This document shows positions 9,911 through 19,475 of a stretch of DNA of 64,000 nucleotides, in pieces (positions within the stretch are counted from its first letter, which is position 1; every line of letters begins with the position of its first letter). The position numbers were made by a program, and so were the translations under genes. Source of the stretch: Actinomycetota bacterium (lineage in GTDB: Bacteria; Actinomycetota; Actinomycetes; S36-B12); NCBI GenBank assembly GCA_016870195.1, contig VGCC01000003.1, forward strand, positions 68,019 to 132,018, in the 5' to 3' direction. The notes under the pieces were generated by a model, which was given only the letters and a program-made list of their open reading frames with translations, was not told the DNA's origin and did not search any database.

Positions 9911-10794
9911 TGTCAGGTGTCGAGGAATTCAGCACCCCAGAGGGGTTGGCTGAAGCACTCGCGCACCAGGGCTACCTTGCCGATCCAGGGCTGGCCACTG
10001 CCCTGTTCCTGTGCATGCGACTGCCCCAACCGCTGCTGCTGGAGGGCGAGGCGGGGGTGGGCAAGACCCAGGCGGCCAAGTCGCTGGCGCAGTTACTCGA
10101 CACCCCGCTGATCCGGCTCCAGTGCTACGAGGGGATCGATGCCTCCGAGGCGATCTACGAGTGGAACTACCCCCGTCAGTTGCTGTCGATCCGCGTCGCA
10201 GAAGCAGCGGGCGCACCCCTCGATGAGGACTCCCTCTTCGGGTCGGACTACCTCATCGAGCGACCCCTCCTCCAGGCGATCACCCATGACGGGCCGAATC
10301 CGGCGGTGCTCCTCATCGACGAGGTGGACCGCGCCGACGAGGAGTTCGAAGCTTTCCTATTCGAGACGCTCGGAGAGAACTCGGTGACCGTGCCCGAGAT
10401 TGGAACTCTCCGCGCCGCGCGGGCACCCATCGTGATCCTGACTTCCAACCGCACGCGGGACTTGCACGATGCCCTGAAGCGCCGATGCCTCTACGACTGG
10501 ATCGACTATCCGGATCTCGAGCACGCGACCGCCATCGTGCGTATGCGGGCACCAGAGGTGTCACCCACGTTGGCCGCGGAAGTTGCGGGAGCGGTGCAGC
10601 GTCTTCGCGGACTCGATGTGCAGAAGCCGCCAGGAATCGCCGAGGCGATCAACTGGGTGCACGCGGCCGCAATGTTGGGCCTCACGTCGTTGGACGCAGC
10701 CGGGGTCGAGCGGACCCTAGGGGCTGTTCTCAAGTACCGCGAGGACCAGGACCTGGTTCTGGAAAAAGGTCTTGAGTGGGTTGCCGCCGGCTAG
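9910..10794 (+). CDS. coxD: MoxR-type AAA+ ATPase, CoxD-like
   Basis: Walker A LLEGEAGVGKT and Walker B VLLIDEVDRADEE. The start overlaps the coxG stop (TGATG). Confidence 0.85.
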   Translation: MSGVEEFSTPEGLAEALAHQGYLADPGLATALFLCMRLPQPLLLEGEAGVGKTQAAKSLAQLLDTPLIRLQCYEGIDASEAIYEWNYPRQLLSIRVAEAAGAPLDEDSLFGSDYLIERPLLQAITHDGPNPAVLLIDEVDRADEEFEAFLFETLGENSVTVPEIGTLRAARAPIVILTSNRTRDLHDALKRRCLYDWIDYPDLEHATAIVRMRAPEVSPTLAAEVAGAVQRLRGLDVQKPPGIAEAINWVHAAAMLGLTSLDAAGVERTLGAVLKYREDQDLVLEKGLEWVAAG

Positions 10795-11841
10795 AGCATT
10801 TCTGGCTCATGAGCGGAACGGTGTCATCGGGAATGCGCGGCCTGGGCGGTGGAGAAACCATGCGCGACCCGAGGGACTTCAGCGCAATCGTGAGTTCATT
10901 GTCCTCCGTGAGTGCGGTCGAGTCGTAGACATCGCCCGGGCGCCCCGGGATCAATACCCCGCGCGCGGCGGCCACTTCGGCAAGGGCTTCGGCCCGGAAC
11001 ACAGTGGCCGTACCTGTCAACACGAAGACGCGACCACGGCGATGGATGATCTGCCCCTGATAGCGCAGATACTCATTGCGTTGCAGTTGCCCCAGTAGTC
11101 CCCCACCGGGATCCCCGTAAAAGAGACCGCCGACGGCGTCGAGCAGCGGGAAGCGCTGAAGCGCATCGAGTGCGGTCCCCGTATACGTGGTGGAGAGGAC
11201 CGTGTCGGCATCCATCACCAGAATCACATCAAGTTCCGTGCAGGTCGGCAGCAGCATTCGGAGTGCCTGATTGAGCGCCCCTGCCTTGCGATCGGTGTTC
11301 CCCTGGGTGACGAACACCTCCGCGCCCATCTCGGCGGCAATCACTTCCGTTTTGCCCGTGCAGTTGTCGGCGACCACGATGATCCGGTCGGGGGAGGTTG
11401 CTGAGCCTGCAGTGACGCCAGGGTGGTGGCGATGCTGGATTCCTCGTTATGCGCGGGAATGAGGGTGATCATGCGCAGGGGTGCATGTGCGAGTTCGGGA
11501 CGAGGGGGCGGTAGTAGGGGTCGGAGGAGAGACCATTCGGGATGGCGCGTTCGGGTCGTGGCGATGACATCTGCAGCGGTCGAAAGCAGTATGACCAACA
11601 CGAAACCGATCACAGATACCACAAGCAGATCGATATGCTGGATATCGCTGCCCACGACAATCTGCTGCGGGCCGGCCGGGAATACCAGTGGTTCCGGGTT
11701 GAAAGGATTCCCATCGAAGTACTTGGACACAACCGCCACGAGGGTCGACAGGCCGATGACGCCCATGAGCACGATCGCTACGACGAGACGGCCGAGCTGC
11801 AGGGACCCGCGAATACCGGTCGATCGGCCGGGGACCCCCAC
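10730..11841 (-). pseudogene. family-2 glycosyltransferase (membrane-anchored, processive-synthase-like), frameshifted and 3'-truncated
   Basis: ORF 11341..11841 ends ...ITLIPAHNEESSIATTLASLQAQQPPP. ORF 10730..11377 continues in another frame as (DRII)VVADNCTGKT...VMDADT...LTEDNELT. The frame change is at the G5 run 11390-11394. No QxxRW motif or C-terminal TM helices follow SLGSRMVSP, and the tail overlaps the coxD 3' end. Confidence 0.6.
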
Positions 11842-11884
11842 GGCGCGAGTGTAGGAGGAATACCGCAGGACCTACCCTGGATCG

Positions 11885-13090
11885 GTGGCTTTGGATCTGG
11901 CGTCGATCGCCACCTCATTCGGCGAGCGACTACGGCACGCGGGGATCGCGGTGACGCCGGAGCGCAGTTCCCGCTTCGTTGCGTCCGTGGCCATGGTGAC
12001 ACCTACCACGATCGAGCAGCTGTACTGGATCGCGAAGGTGGTCTTTCTTACTGATCGCGACCAGACACCGATCTTCGATCGGATCTTCGCGTGGGTCTTC
12101 CGCGGGATCATGGACCTGACGGATGCGTCGGTTCCCCACCCGGTGGACGAGCCCAACGCGTCGGGTCCTACTCCGACATCGGAACGCGGACCCGAGGGAG
12201 GTCGGGAGCGACCACCTTCCGGACCACGTGGGACGTCGGCCACTCCTGGAGAAGCGTCCGATGAATCACGTGACGACCCGTCGGTGCTCGCTGCTGCCAG
12301 CATTGAGGAGAGGATCAACGAACGGGATTTCTCCATGCTGACCCCGCAGGAACTCGCCTTGATTCAGCACCTGGTGGAGAAGCTTCCCGTGATCCCGCCG
12401 CCACGCACCGGGCGGCGCACCCGCCGCAGCAGCGCCGGTCGTGAATGGGATGTGCGTGCAACGCTGCGCCGGGCGCACCGCACTGGCGGTGATCCGGTGC
12501 ACCGCGTCATGCGAGAGAAGACACTGAAGCCCCGACGCATCGTGTTGATCGCCGATGTCTCGGGCTCCATGGAGCCCTACGCGCGGGTCTACCTGCACTT
12601 GATGCGCGGTGCCGTCCGAGCCTTGCATGCTGAGTGCTTCGTCTTCGCCACGCATCTGACGCGCATGACTACCGCCCTCGATGTCGCCCAGGCGGATGTC
12701 GCCTACCGCAAGGCCGCGGAGGCCGCCACCGATTGGTCAGGCGGGACGCGGATCGGACGTGCTCTGCATGATTTTCTCGACCGTTTCGGCCGGCGCGGGA
12801 TGGCGCGGGGCGCGGTCGTGGTCATCGTCAGCGATGGATGGGAGGTCGACGACCCTTCAGTAATCGGAACCGCGATGGAAAGACTCTCCCGTCTCGCCCA
12901 CCATGTCATCTGGGTGAACCCGCGCAAGGCCGCCGACGGGTACTCCCCTCTCGTGGGTGGGATGGCAGCCGCACTTCCATATGTGGGTACCTTCGTGTCC
13001 GGCCACAGCCTCGCCGCCCTCGAGGACGTCATGGCCGCCATCCATGCCGCAGGTCATCGCTCCGTGTCCCGAGCCGTAGATGCGGCCTGA
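11885..13090 (+). CDS. coxE: VWA-domain protein, CoxE-like
   Basis: 401 aa. MIDAS-type VLIADVSGSM. CoxE-like N-terminus (FGERLRHAGIAVTPERSSRF). Partner of the MoxR ATPase. Confidence 0.8.
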   Translation: MALDLASIATSFGERLRHAGIAVTPERSSRFVASVAMVTPTTIEQLYWIAKVVFLTDRDQTPIFDRIFAWVFRGIMDLTDASVPHPVDEPNASGPTPTSERGPEGGRERPPSGPRGTSATPGEASDESRDDPSVLAAASIEERINERDFSMLTPQELALIQHLVEKLPVIPPPRTGRRTRRSSAGREWDVRATLRRAHRTGGDPVHRVMREKTLKPRRIVLIADVSGSMEPYARVYLHLMRGAVRALHAECFVFATHLTRMTTALDVAQADVAYRKAAEAATDWSGGTRIGRALHDFLDRFGRRGMARGAVVVIVSDGWEVDDPSVIGTAMERLSRLAHHVIWVNPRKAADGYSPLVGGMAAALPYVGTFVSGHSLAALEDVMAAIHAAGHRSVSRAVDAA

Positions 13091-13105
13091 CCGTAGGCTG
13101 CCGAC

Positions 13106-14323
13106 GTGCTCTCCGTCGATGAGTATCGCGAACGCGTGGTCGCCAGCGTGCAGGCTCTGGAGCCACTCGAGCTTCCCTTGGCCGACTGCCATGGATGCGT
13201 GCTTGCCGAAGACGTGATCGCCACGTGGCCACTGCCGTCGTTCGACAACTCGTCGATGGACGGGTACGCGGTGCGTGCCGGGGATGTGGCGTCCGCGACG
13301 GAGTCGACCCCCGTGACCCTGCGTGTCGTTGATGACGTTCCCGCGGGGTATCGGCCGAGCGTTCCCGTGAGTGAGGGCACGTGCGTGCGCATCATGACCG
13401 GTGCCCCCATGCCTGATGGTGGCGATGCGGTCGTCCCGGTGGAGGCGACCGACGCGGGCACCGAGGTCGTCCAGATCCGGGCTCGCGCCGACGTCGGGGC
13501 ATGCATCCGCAAGGCAGGTGAGGACGTCATCGTCGGAGATCGCGTCATGGCGTCGGGAACTCTCCTCTCGTCCCGCCACCTGGCGGTCCTTGCTGCGGTG
13601 GGTCGCGGAACTCTGCGCGTCCATCCGCGGCCCCGAGTCGCGGTGATCTCCACCGGCAGTGAGCTCGTCGAGCCGGGCACCGAGCTGAGTCGCGGGCTGA
13701 TCTCAGACTCCAACTCCTTCCTCCTTGTGGCGGCGGCGCGGGAGGCCGGTGCTCAGGCCTATCGCGTCCCACCGGTCGTCGATGACGCCGAGGCATTCCG
13801 CACCGCGATCTACGACCAATTGCATCGTGCGGATCTGATCCTGACGAGTGGCGGAGTAAGTATGGGTGCCTACGACACCGTCAAGGCCGTGTTCACCGAC
13901 ATGGGCACCGTGGACTTCATAAAGGTGGCGATGCACCCGGGGATGCCGCAGGGGCACGGCCATGTGGGGGAGGACCGCATCCCGGTCATCACACTGCCGG
14001 GAAACCCGGTGAGTTCGTATATCTCGTTCCAGAACTTCGTCCGCCCCGCCATCCAACGTATGCGGGGACTTTCTCCCGAACCGCGTCCGACGGTGCGCAT
14101 GAGTGTCGACGTCGCGATGACCTCGTCGGAGAACAAACGGCAATTCGCGCGCGGGCGGTTCGTGAACGCGACCACGGTTACGCCTGTCGGAGGCGGACAG
14201 GGGTCCCATATCGTCGGCGGACTCGCTGCGTCGGACTGCCTCATCGTGATTCCCGAGGGGGTTGCGTCGGTCGCGGCAGGGGAGCTGGTTGACGTCGTGG
14301 ACCTGAGAGGAGACACACCGTGA
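13106..14323 (+). CDS. moeA: molybdopterin molybdenumtransferase MoeA
   Basis: GTG start. PLPSFDNSSMDGYAVRAGD and LTSGGVSMGAYD motifs typical of MoeA. Confidence 0.9.
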   Translation: MLSVDEYRERVVASVQALEPLELPLADCHGCVLAEDVIATWPLPSFDNSSMDGYAVRAGDVASATESTPVTLRVVDDVPAGYRPSVPVSEGTCVRIMTGAPMPDGGDAVVPVEATDAGTEVVQIRARADVGACIRKAGEDVIVGDRVMASGTLLSSRHLAVLAAVGRGTLRVHPRPRVAVISTGSELVEPGTELSRGLISDSNSFLLVAAAREAGAQAYRVPPVVDDAEAFRTAIYDQLHRADLILTSGGVSMGAYDTVKAVFTDMGTVDFIKVAMHPGMPQGHGHVGEDRIPVITLPGNPVSSYISFQNFVRPAIQRMRGLSPEPRPTVRMSVDVAMTSSENKRQFARGRFVNATTVTPVGGGQGSHIVGGLAASDCLIVIPEGVASVAAGELVDVVDLRGDTP

Positions 14324-14790
14324 GTGATTTCACGCACCTGGATGCCAGCGGGGCCGCACGCATGGTCGACGTCACCGGTAAGCAGATCACCGAGCGCAGT
14401 GCCACGGCGCGCGCCGTGGTCACGGTCAGTGCCGAGGTGGTGGAGCTCCTCCGCGGGGCGGGGGTGCCCAAGGGCGACGCTCTCGCCGTCGCTCGAATCG
14501 CCGCGATCGCGGGCACCAAGCGCACACCAGACCTCATCCCCCTTTGTCACCCCATCGGGGTGCATGGGGTGGACGTGCATATAGAGGTGATGGATACGGG
14601 GGTCGAGATCACCGTCACCGTCCGCACCGCCGACCGGACCGGCGTGGAGATGGAGGCGCTGACCGGTGCCAGTGTGGGAGCCCTGGCCATCATCGACATG
14701 GTCAAGGGGGTCGATCGGATGGCGGCCATCGATCGAGTGGAACTCCTCGAGAAGACCGGGGGTCGCTCGGGCACCTGGACCCGACCATGA
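14320..14790 (+). CDS. moaC: cyclic pyranopterin monophosphate synthase MoaC
   Basis: FTHLDASGAARMVDVTGK ... LIPLCHP ... GVEMEALTGASVGALAIIDM. GTGA overlap with moeA. Confidence 0.95.
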   Translation: MSDFTHLDASGAARMVDVTGKQITERSATARAVVTVSAEVVELLRGAGVPKGDALAVARIAAIAGTKRTPDLIPLCHPIGVHGVDVHIEVMDTGVEITVTVRTADRTGVEMEALTGASVGALAIIDMVKGVDRMAAIDRVELLEKTGGRSGTWTRP

Positions 14791-15272
14791 CCTACCGAGC
14801 CCTAGTGCTCTGCGTCTCCACCCGCGCGGCGTCGGGTGTCTACGAGGACGCTTCGGGTCCGATCCTGATCGCCGGCCTGCGTGAGCTGGGTCTCGACGTC
14901 TACGGACCTCAGGTGGTGCCCGACGGCGATGAAGTCACCGAGGCGCTGCGGGGCGCGGCGGAGGCGGGATTCGACCTCATCGTGACCACTGGGGGAACCG
15001 GGCACACACCGCGCGACCTCACTCCCGAGATGACCCGTCGGGTGATCCAACGTGAGTCACCCGGGCTCGCCGAGGCGGTGCGTTCCTACGGGGCAGCCCA
15101 CGGAGTACCCACCGCCGTGCTGTCCCGGGGGATCGCCGGTATCGCCGGGAACTGCCTGATCATCAACCTGCCCGGATCGCCGGGGGGCTGCCGGGATGGG
15201 CTCGCCGCTCTGGGACCAGTGCTGGGCCACGCCCTCGACCAGATCCATGGCGGGGACCACCCGCGCCCCTAG
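14787..15272 (+). CDS. mog: MogA/MoaB-family molybdopterin adenylyltransferase
   Basis: ATG 14787 gives an ATGA overlap with the moaC stop. LIVTTGGTGHTPRDLTPE and INLPGSPGG motifs. The upstream part of ORF 14544..15272 is rejected. Confidence 0.85.
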   Translation: MTYRALVLCVSTRAASGVYEDASGPILIAGLRELGLDVYGPQVVPDGDEVTEALRGAAEAGFDLIVTTGGTGHTPRDLTPEMTRRVIQRESPGLAEAVRSYGAAHGVPTAVLSRGIAGIAGNCLIINLPGSPGGCRDGLAALGPVLGHALDQIHGGDHPRP

Positions 15273-15275
15273 CTC

Positions 15276-15297
15276 GTTCACCGTTCGTTCACCTGTT
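15276..15297 (+). promoter_or_regulatory. PHO-box-like pair of 11-nt direct repeats upstream of pstC
   Basis: GTTCACCGTTC|GTTCACCTGTT: two exactly 11-nt-phased units with the GTTCACC core, about 50-60 nt upstream of the pstC start. Confidence 0.55.
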
Positions 15298-15346
15298 GTT
15301 TTGACCCGGTACCCCTTCTGATGCTCTTTCGGATACCGGGAGGCGA

Positions 15347-16324
15347 TTGGGTACGGATATGGCGGGCACAGAGGTCATGCGCGACCTCCAATCGGCCGCC
15401 ACCTCCCATCGCGGTGACCGCATCTTCAACCGCACCATTACGGCACTGGCTTTCACGGCCCTCGCGGTTCTGGCAGGCATCACGGTGTTCCTCGGAGCCC
15501 AAGCCGTGCCCGTCTTCCAGACGCTGGGGATCAGTTACCTGACCACAACCGCATGGGACTTGACGACGACTCCGCCCCAGGCCGGCATCTTCGGCATGCT
15601 CTACGGATCGGTGCTGCTTTCGGTCATCGGTCTGGTGATTGCTATTCCCGCCGCTCTGCTGCTCGCCATCTTCATGGTGTTCCTCGCTCCACCCGCGTTG
15701 GCCAAGGTGCTCACCAATGTCGTCGACCTGATGGCGGCCATCCCCTCGGTGATCATCGGCTTGTGGGCCTTCTACATCCTCAATCCGGTCGCTGAGGAAT
15801 GGGAGATCCTGCTCAACCAGTACCTCGGGTTCATCCCGATCTTCCAGAACAACTCGGGCAACTTCCTCGGCACACCGTTCATCGCCGGATTCGTGCTGGC
15901 CATCATGATGATTCCGATCATCACCGCGGTTTCCCGTGAGGTCCTCGCCCGAACGCCACCGGAACTGATCAACGCCTCGGAATCTCTGGGCGGATCCCTC
16001 TGGACCATGTTGCGCTACGTCGCACTCCCGTATGGGCGCGGTGGCATCGTCGGCGGAATCATGCTCGGGCTCGGGCGTGCACTCGGTGAGACGATCGCGA
16101 TCTTCTTCGTGCTTAAGATCGTCTTCGACACGAACTGGTACCAGATCATCGAGTCCGGTGGCGGTTCCGTTGCATCCCTCATCGTGTCGAAGTTCGGTGA
16201 GGCCAGTGCAGGACTTGAGATTCAGTTGTTGCTCGCAGCAGGCTTCTTCCTCTTCGTGCTCACCCTGATCGTCAACGTAATCGCCAATCTCATTGTCAGC
16301 AGGACTGGGCGGCTTCAGCGATGA
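15347..16324 (+). CDS. pstC: phosphate ABC transporter permease PstC
   Basis: Six TM helices and the EAA-type loop SESLGGSLWTMLRYVALP. Start is either TTG 15347 or ATG 15359 (GGGAGG at 15338-15343). Confidence 0.92.
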   Translation: MGTDMAGTEVMRDLQSAATSHRGDRIFNRTITALAFTALAVLAGITVFLGAQAVPVFQTLGISYLTTTAWDLTTTPPQAGIFGMLYGSVLLSVIGLVIAIPAALLLAIFMVFLAPPALAKVLTNVVDLMAAIPSVIIGLWAFYILNPVAEEWEILLNQYLGFIPIFQNNSGNFLGTPFIAGFVLAIMMIPIITAVSREVLARTPPELINASESLGGSLWTMLRYVALPYGRGGIVGGIMLGLGRALGETIAIFFVLKIVFDTNWYQIIESGGGSVASLIVSKFGEASAGLEIQLLLAAGFFLFVLTLIVNVIANLIVSRTGRLQR

Positions 16325-17400
16325 CCACGATGTTGTTCGATAGCGAAAAGATCCAATCCCTGCGGACCCAGGAACCTCAGCACCCCTGGAGGCGCCGCAC
16401 ACCGAAATTCACGTGGAGCGTGGCGCTCGCCGTCGTCATTCCCGCGCTGATAGCGGGCTACTTCCTCTTCGCCACGGCGATACCCGACCCGATCGTCATA
16501 ATCATCATCTACCTCCCACTGCAACTGCTGGCGGCTGGGGTGGCGGCAGCGGTCTCCAAGGGCAAGAACGGTGTTGCGGACGCCTTCATCTATGTGTTGG
16601 CGATCGGCGGAAGCATCTTCAGCCTGGTCATCCTCATCTCGCTCATCGTCACCCTGTTCATCAACGGGTTGAAGGCCGTCAGTGTGTCATTCCTGACGCA
16701 GAACAACTTCTACATCAGTCCGAGCACTTCCCTCGAGTACGGAGGCGTGGCCCACGCGGTCCTTGGAACGCTCCTCATCGTGTTCATTTCCATGCTCGTC
16801 GCCATCCCCGTCGGAATTGCTACCGCTATCTACGTCACGGAAGTTCGTGGACGTGCGGTGCCGTACGTGCGCTTCTTCGTGCAAGCGATGTCCGGGGTCC
16901 CCTCGGTTGTCGCGGGCCTCTTCATTCTCACGGTATTGATTCTCACCGGGGCCATGGGGCCGAGTGCGTTTGCGGGTGGTCTCGCCTACGCGATTCTGAT
17001 GCTCCCCACAGTGGCACGTACGGCAGAGGAAGTCCTGAGACTCATTCCGGAAGACCTTCGTACCGGAGCACTTGCGTTGGGTTCCACGCGGGCTCGCACC
17101 GTGTTGCAGGTGGTCCTCCCTGCGGCGAAGACCGGCATCGTGACGGCCATCGTCCTGGGAATGGCGCGAGTCGTGGGAGAAACGGCACCCTTGGTCCTGG
17201 TCACCGGGACGAGCGATGCGACGGTCTATAACCCGTTCAACTCTCCCATCGCGGCGCTACCCACCTACATCTTCGGCAACGTAGCCCAGCCTTTCCCCGA
17301 CGCGGTCACCCGTGCGTGGGGTGCAGCCCTGGTCTTGATCATCATCGTCGCAATCCTGTTCGTCATCGCCCGCATCATCGGGCGAGGCAAGGTCAAGTAG
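16321..17400 (+). CDS. pstA: phosphate ABC transporter permease PstA
   Basis: ATGA overlap with pst[20 protein letters not shown] permease loop. TM-rich. Confidence 0.92.
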   Translation: MTTMLFDSEKIQSLRTQEPQHPWRRRTPKFTWSVALAVVIPALIAGYFLFATAIPDPIVIIIIYLPLQLLAAGVAAAVSKGKNGVADAFIYVLAIGGSIFSLVILISLIVTLFINGLKAVSVSFLTQNNFYISPSTSLEYGGVAHAVLGTLLIVFISMLVAIPVGIATAIYVTEVRGRAVPYVRFFVQAMSGVPSVVAGLFILTVLILTGAMGPSAFAGGLAYAILMLPTVARTAEEVLRLIPEDLRTGALALGSTRARTVLQVVLPAAKTGIVTAIVLGMARVVGETAPLVLVTGTSDATVYNPFNSPIAALPTYIFGNVAQPFPDAVTRAWGAALVLIIIVAILFVIARIIGRGKVK

Positions 17401-17413
17401 AGAGAAGGAAGAG

Positions 17414-18253
17414 ATGTCCACTGCAGAGTTCGAGAAGAGCATCGAGGGCCTCGAGGTCGAGCTGAGCGATAGTCGAGCTGGCTTGCCCATCGAGATGGAT
17501 GCTCGTGACATCTCCGTGTGGTTCGGTAAGCGCAAGGTGCTCGAGGGCGTGAGTATCCCGTTCCCCAAGAAGACGGTCACCGCGCTCATCGGCCCCTCCG
17601 GCTGCGGTAAGTCCACCTTCATCCGCACCCTGAATCGTCTCCATGAGTTGATTCCTGGCGCCGCTCTTGCCGGTGAAGTCCTTTACGAAGGCAAGGACAT
17701 CTACTCTCCCGATGTCGATCCCACGCACATTCGGTTGAAGATCGGCATGGTGTTCCAGAAGCCGAATCCTTTCCCCAGCATGACCATTCGTGGCAATGTG
17801 CTCTCCGGGTTGAAGTTGTCGGGGATGAAGCGACCCAATCACGACGACATCGTCGAAGAAACCCTGCGCGCTGCTGGTCTGTGGAACGAAGTGAAGGACC
17901 GTCTCAATGCAGCGGCGGGTGAGTTGTCTGGTGGTCAGCAGCAGCGCCTGGTGATCGCACGTGCCCTGGCCGTGCAGCCGCATGTGCTCCTGATGGATGA
18001 GCCCTGCTCGGCCCTCGACCCCGCGTCGACCCTCAAGATCGAAGAGACGATCCGGGAGCTCTCCAAGGAAATCACCATCATCATCGTGACGCACAACATG
18101 CAGCAGGCCGTCCGCGTCTCCGATTACACGGCATTTTTCCTTGCTGCGGAGAACGAGCCCGGGTATGTCGTGGAGCAGGGTCCCACCACGGACATCTTTG
18201 GGAATCCGCGCGATCAACGGACCCTCGATTACGTAAACGGGCGATTCGGTTAA
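17414..18253 (+). CDS. pstB: phosphate ABC transporter ATP-binding protein PstB
   Basis: Walker [10 protein letters not shown], signature LSGGQQQRL, Walker [12 protein letters not shown]. Confidence 0.95.
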   Translation: MSTAEFEKSIEGLEVELSDSRAGLPIEMDARDISVWFGKRKVLEGVSIPFPKKTVTALIGPSGCGKSTFIRTLNRLHELIPGAALAGEVLYEGKDIYSPDVDPTHIRLKIGMVFQKPNPFPSMTIRGNVLSGLKLSGMKRPNHDDIVEETLRAAGLWNEVKDRLNAAAGELSGGQQQRLVIARALAVQPHVLLMDEPCSALDPASTLKIEETIRELSKEITIIIVTHNMQQAVRVSDYTAFFLAAENEPGYVVEQGPTTDIFGNPRDQRTLDYVNGRFG

Positions 18254-18259
18254 TCGTCC

Positions 18260-18289
18260 GTTCACGTGGACACCCACTGTTCACCCAGA
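18260..18289 (+). promoter_or_regulatory. possible second, degenerate PHO-box upstream of pstS
   Basis: GTTCACgtggaCACCCactGTTCACCCaga: GTTCAC(C) cores at 18260 and 18279, plus a degenerate GGACACC unit at 18268 that is 11 nt from the latter. Lies in a locally less GC-rich spacer before pstS. Confidence 0.3.
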
Positions 18290-18382
18290 CGTCAGTAGAA
18301 GGTTGATATTCGGATGACTCCACGTCACGCGGGAAACCTACGGTCATTTCAACAGTCCGTATCGTCGACAAAGGAGTTCCAC

Positions 18383-19438
18383 GTGCGTCGCTCACTTGCG
18401 ATCCTCGCGGGCATGGCAGTCGCGGCTTCGACCATCGCGTTTGCATCCCCCGCTTCTGCAAATCAGACCATCCCAGCTGGTGGGGCAACCTTCCCCGAGG
18501 TCTTCATCCGGGCGTGCCTGGGTGACTTCAACGCTTCCCAGAGCAACTTCACCGTCTCCTATCAGGGGACCGGCTCCGGCACAGGCCAGCGCAACTTCAC
18601 CAATGGCCAGTTCGTGTTCGCCATGTCCGACAGCGCCTACGCAAGCGGTGAGCCGACCTTCGAGTGGGAGTACATCCCGGTCATCGGCGGGGCAGTGACC
18701 TTCCCGATCAACCTGGTCAACGCCAAGAATGGTAAGACTCTTGGGTCCTCGATTCAGTTGAAGCAGACGACGCTGGCGAAGATCCTCGGCGGGGTGATTA
18801 CCTCCTGGAGGGATCCGGAGATCCTCAAGGATAACTCGCGCATCGCTGCCTCGATCCCGGAGCAAAACATCACGGTGGTCTACCGCAGCGATGGCTCGGG
18901 AACTTCGAACAACACCCTGCAGCACCTGAACGCCTGGACACCGACCATCTGGTCGAAGGTGCAGAACGATTTCGGCACGGCATTCCCCGGTGGAAAGCCG
19001 ATCGCCAACTCGCTCTCGGGTCGGGGCAACGCCGGCGTGATGTCCTCTGTGGCCGCTACCCCGGGTGCCATCGGCTACGTGGATCTTGGTGACGCCAAGG
19101 GCTACCCCGCCGCGCGCATCCAGAATGCGAACGGTGAGTTCGTGGCACCGTCGTCCGCCTCGGCAGCGAAGAACCTCGCGTCGCAGACCAACATCAATGC
19201 GAAGGGTTTGGTCCAGCTCGACTACAACCTGAAGGTTCCGGGCGCCTACCCGGTGTCGATCTTCTCCTACGCCCTGGCACGTACGGATGGTCGTGGCCCG
19301 AATGGCCTCGGTGTCCGTCAGTTCCTCGATTACACGATCCAGAAGTGCGGCCCCTCGAAGGCAGCGAGCCTCGGCTACGTTCCCGTCGCGGGCAAGGTTC
19401 TGGCGAAGTCGCGCGAACTGGTCCAGCTCGTCAAGTAG
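18383..19438 (+). CDS. pstS: phosphate-binding protein PstS (SPase-I-type signal peptide, no lipobox)
   Basis: GTG 18383 with AAGGAG 6 nt upstream. Signal peptide ...AFASPASA/NQ. PstS motifs GGATFPEVF, YQGTGSGTGQRNF, YRSDGSGTS. Confidence 0.9.
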   Translation: MRRSLAILAGMAVAASTIAFASPASANQTIPAGGATFPEVFIRACLGDFNASQSNFTVSYQGTGSGTGQRNFTNGQFVFAMSDSAYASGEPTFEWEYIPVIGGAVTFPINLVNAKNGKTLGSSIQLKQTTLAKILGGVITSWRDPEILKDNSRIAASIPEQNITVVYRSDGSGTSNNTLQHLNAWTPTIWSKVQNDFGTAFPGGKPIANSLSGRGNAGVMSSVAATPGAIGYVDLGDAKGYPAARIQNANGEFVAPSSASAAKNLASQTNINAKGLVQLDYNLKVPGAYPVSIFSYALARTDGRGPNGLGVRQFLDYTIQKCGPSKAASLGYVPVAGKVLAKSRELVQLVK

Positions 19439-19475
19439 CTCTCACCCACCTCAGTACACGCGAAAGGTAGGGGCG

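Noticed and set aside
15278-16402. 374-aa minus-strand ORF rich in His/Asp/Glu/Arg
   Set aside because: Antisense to pstC, whose TM/EAA-loop product is clearly the real gene. No start context or motifs.
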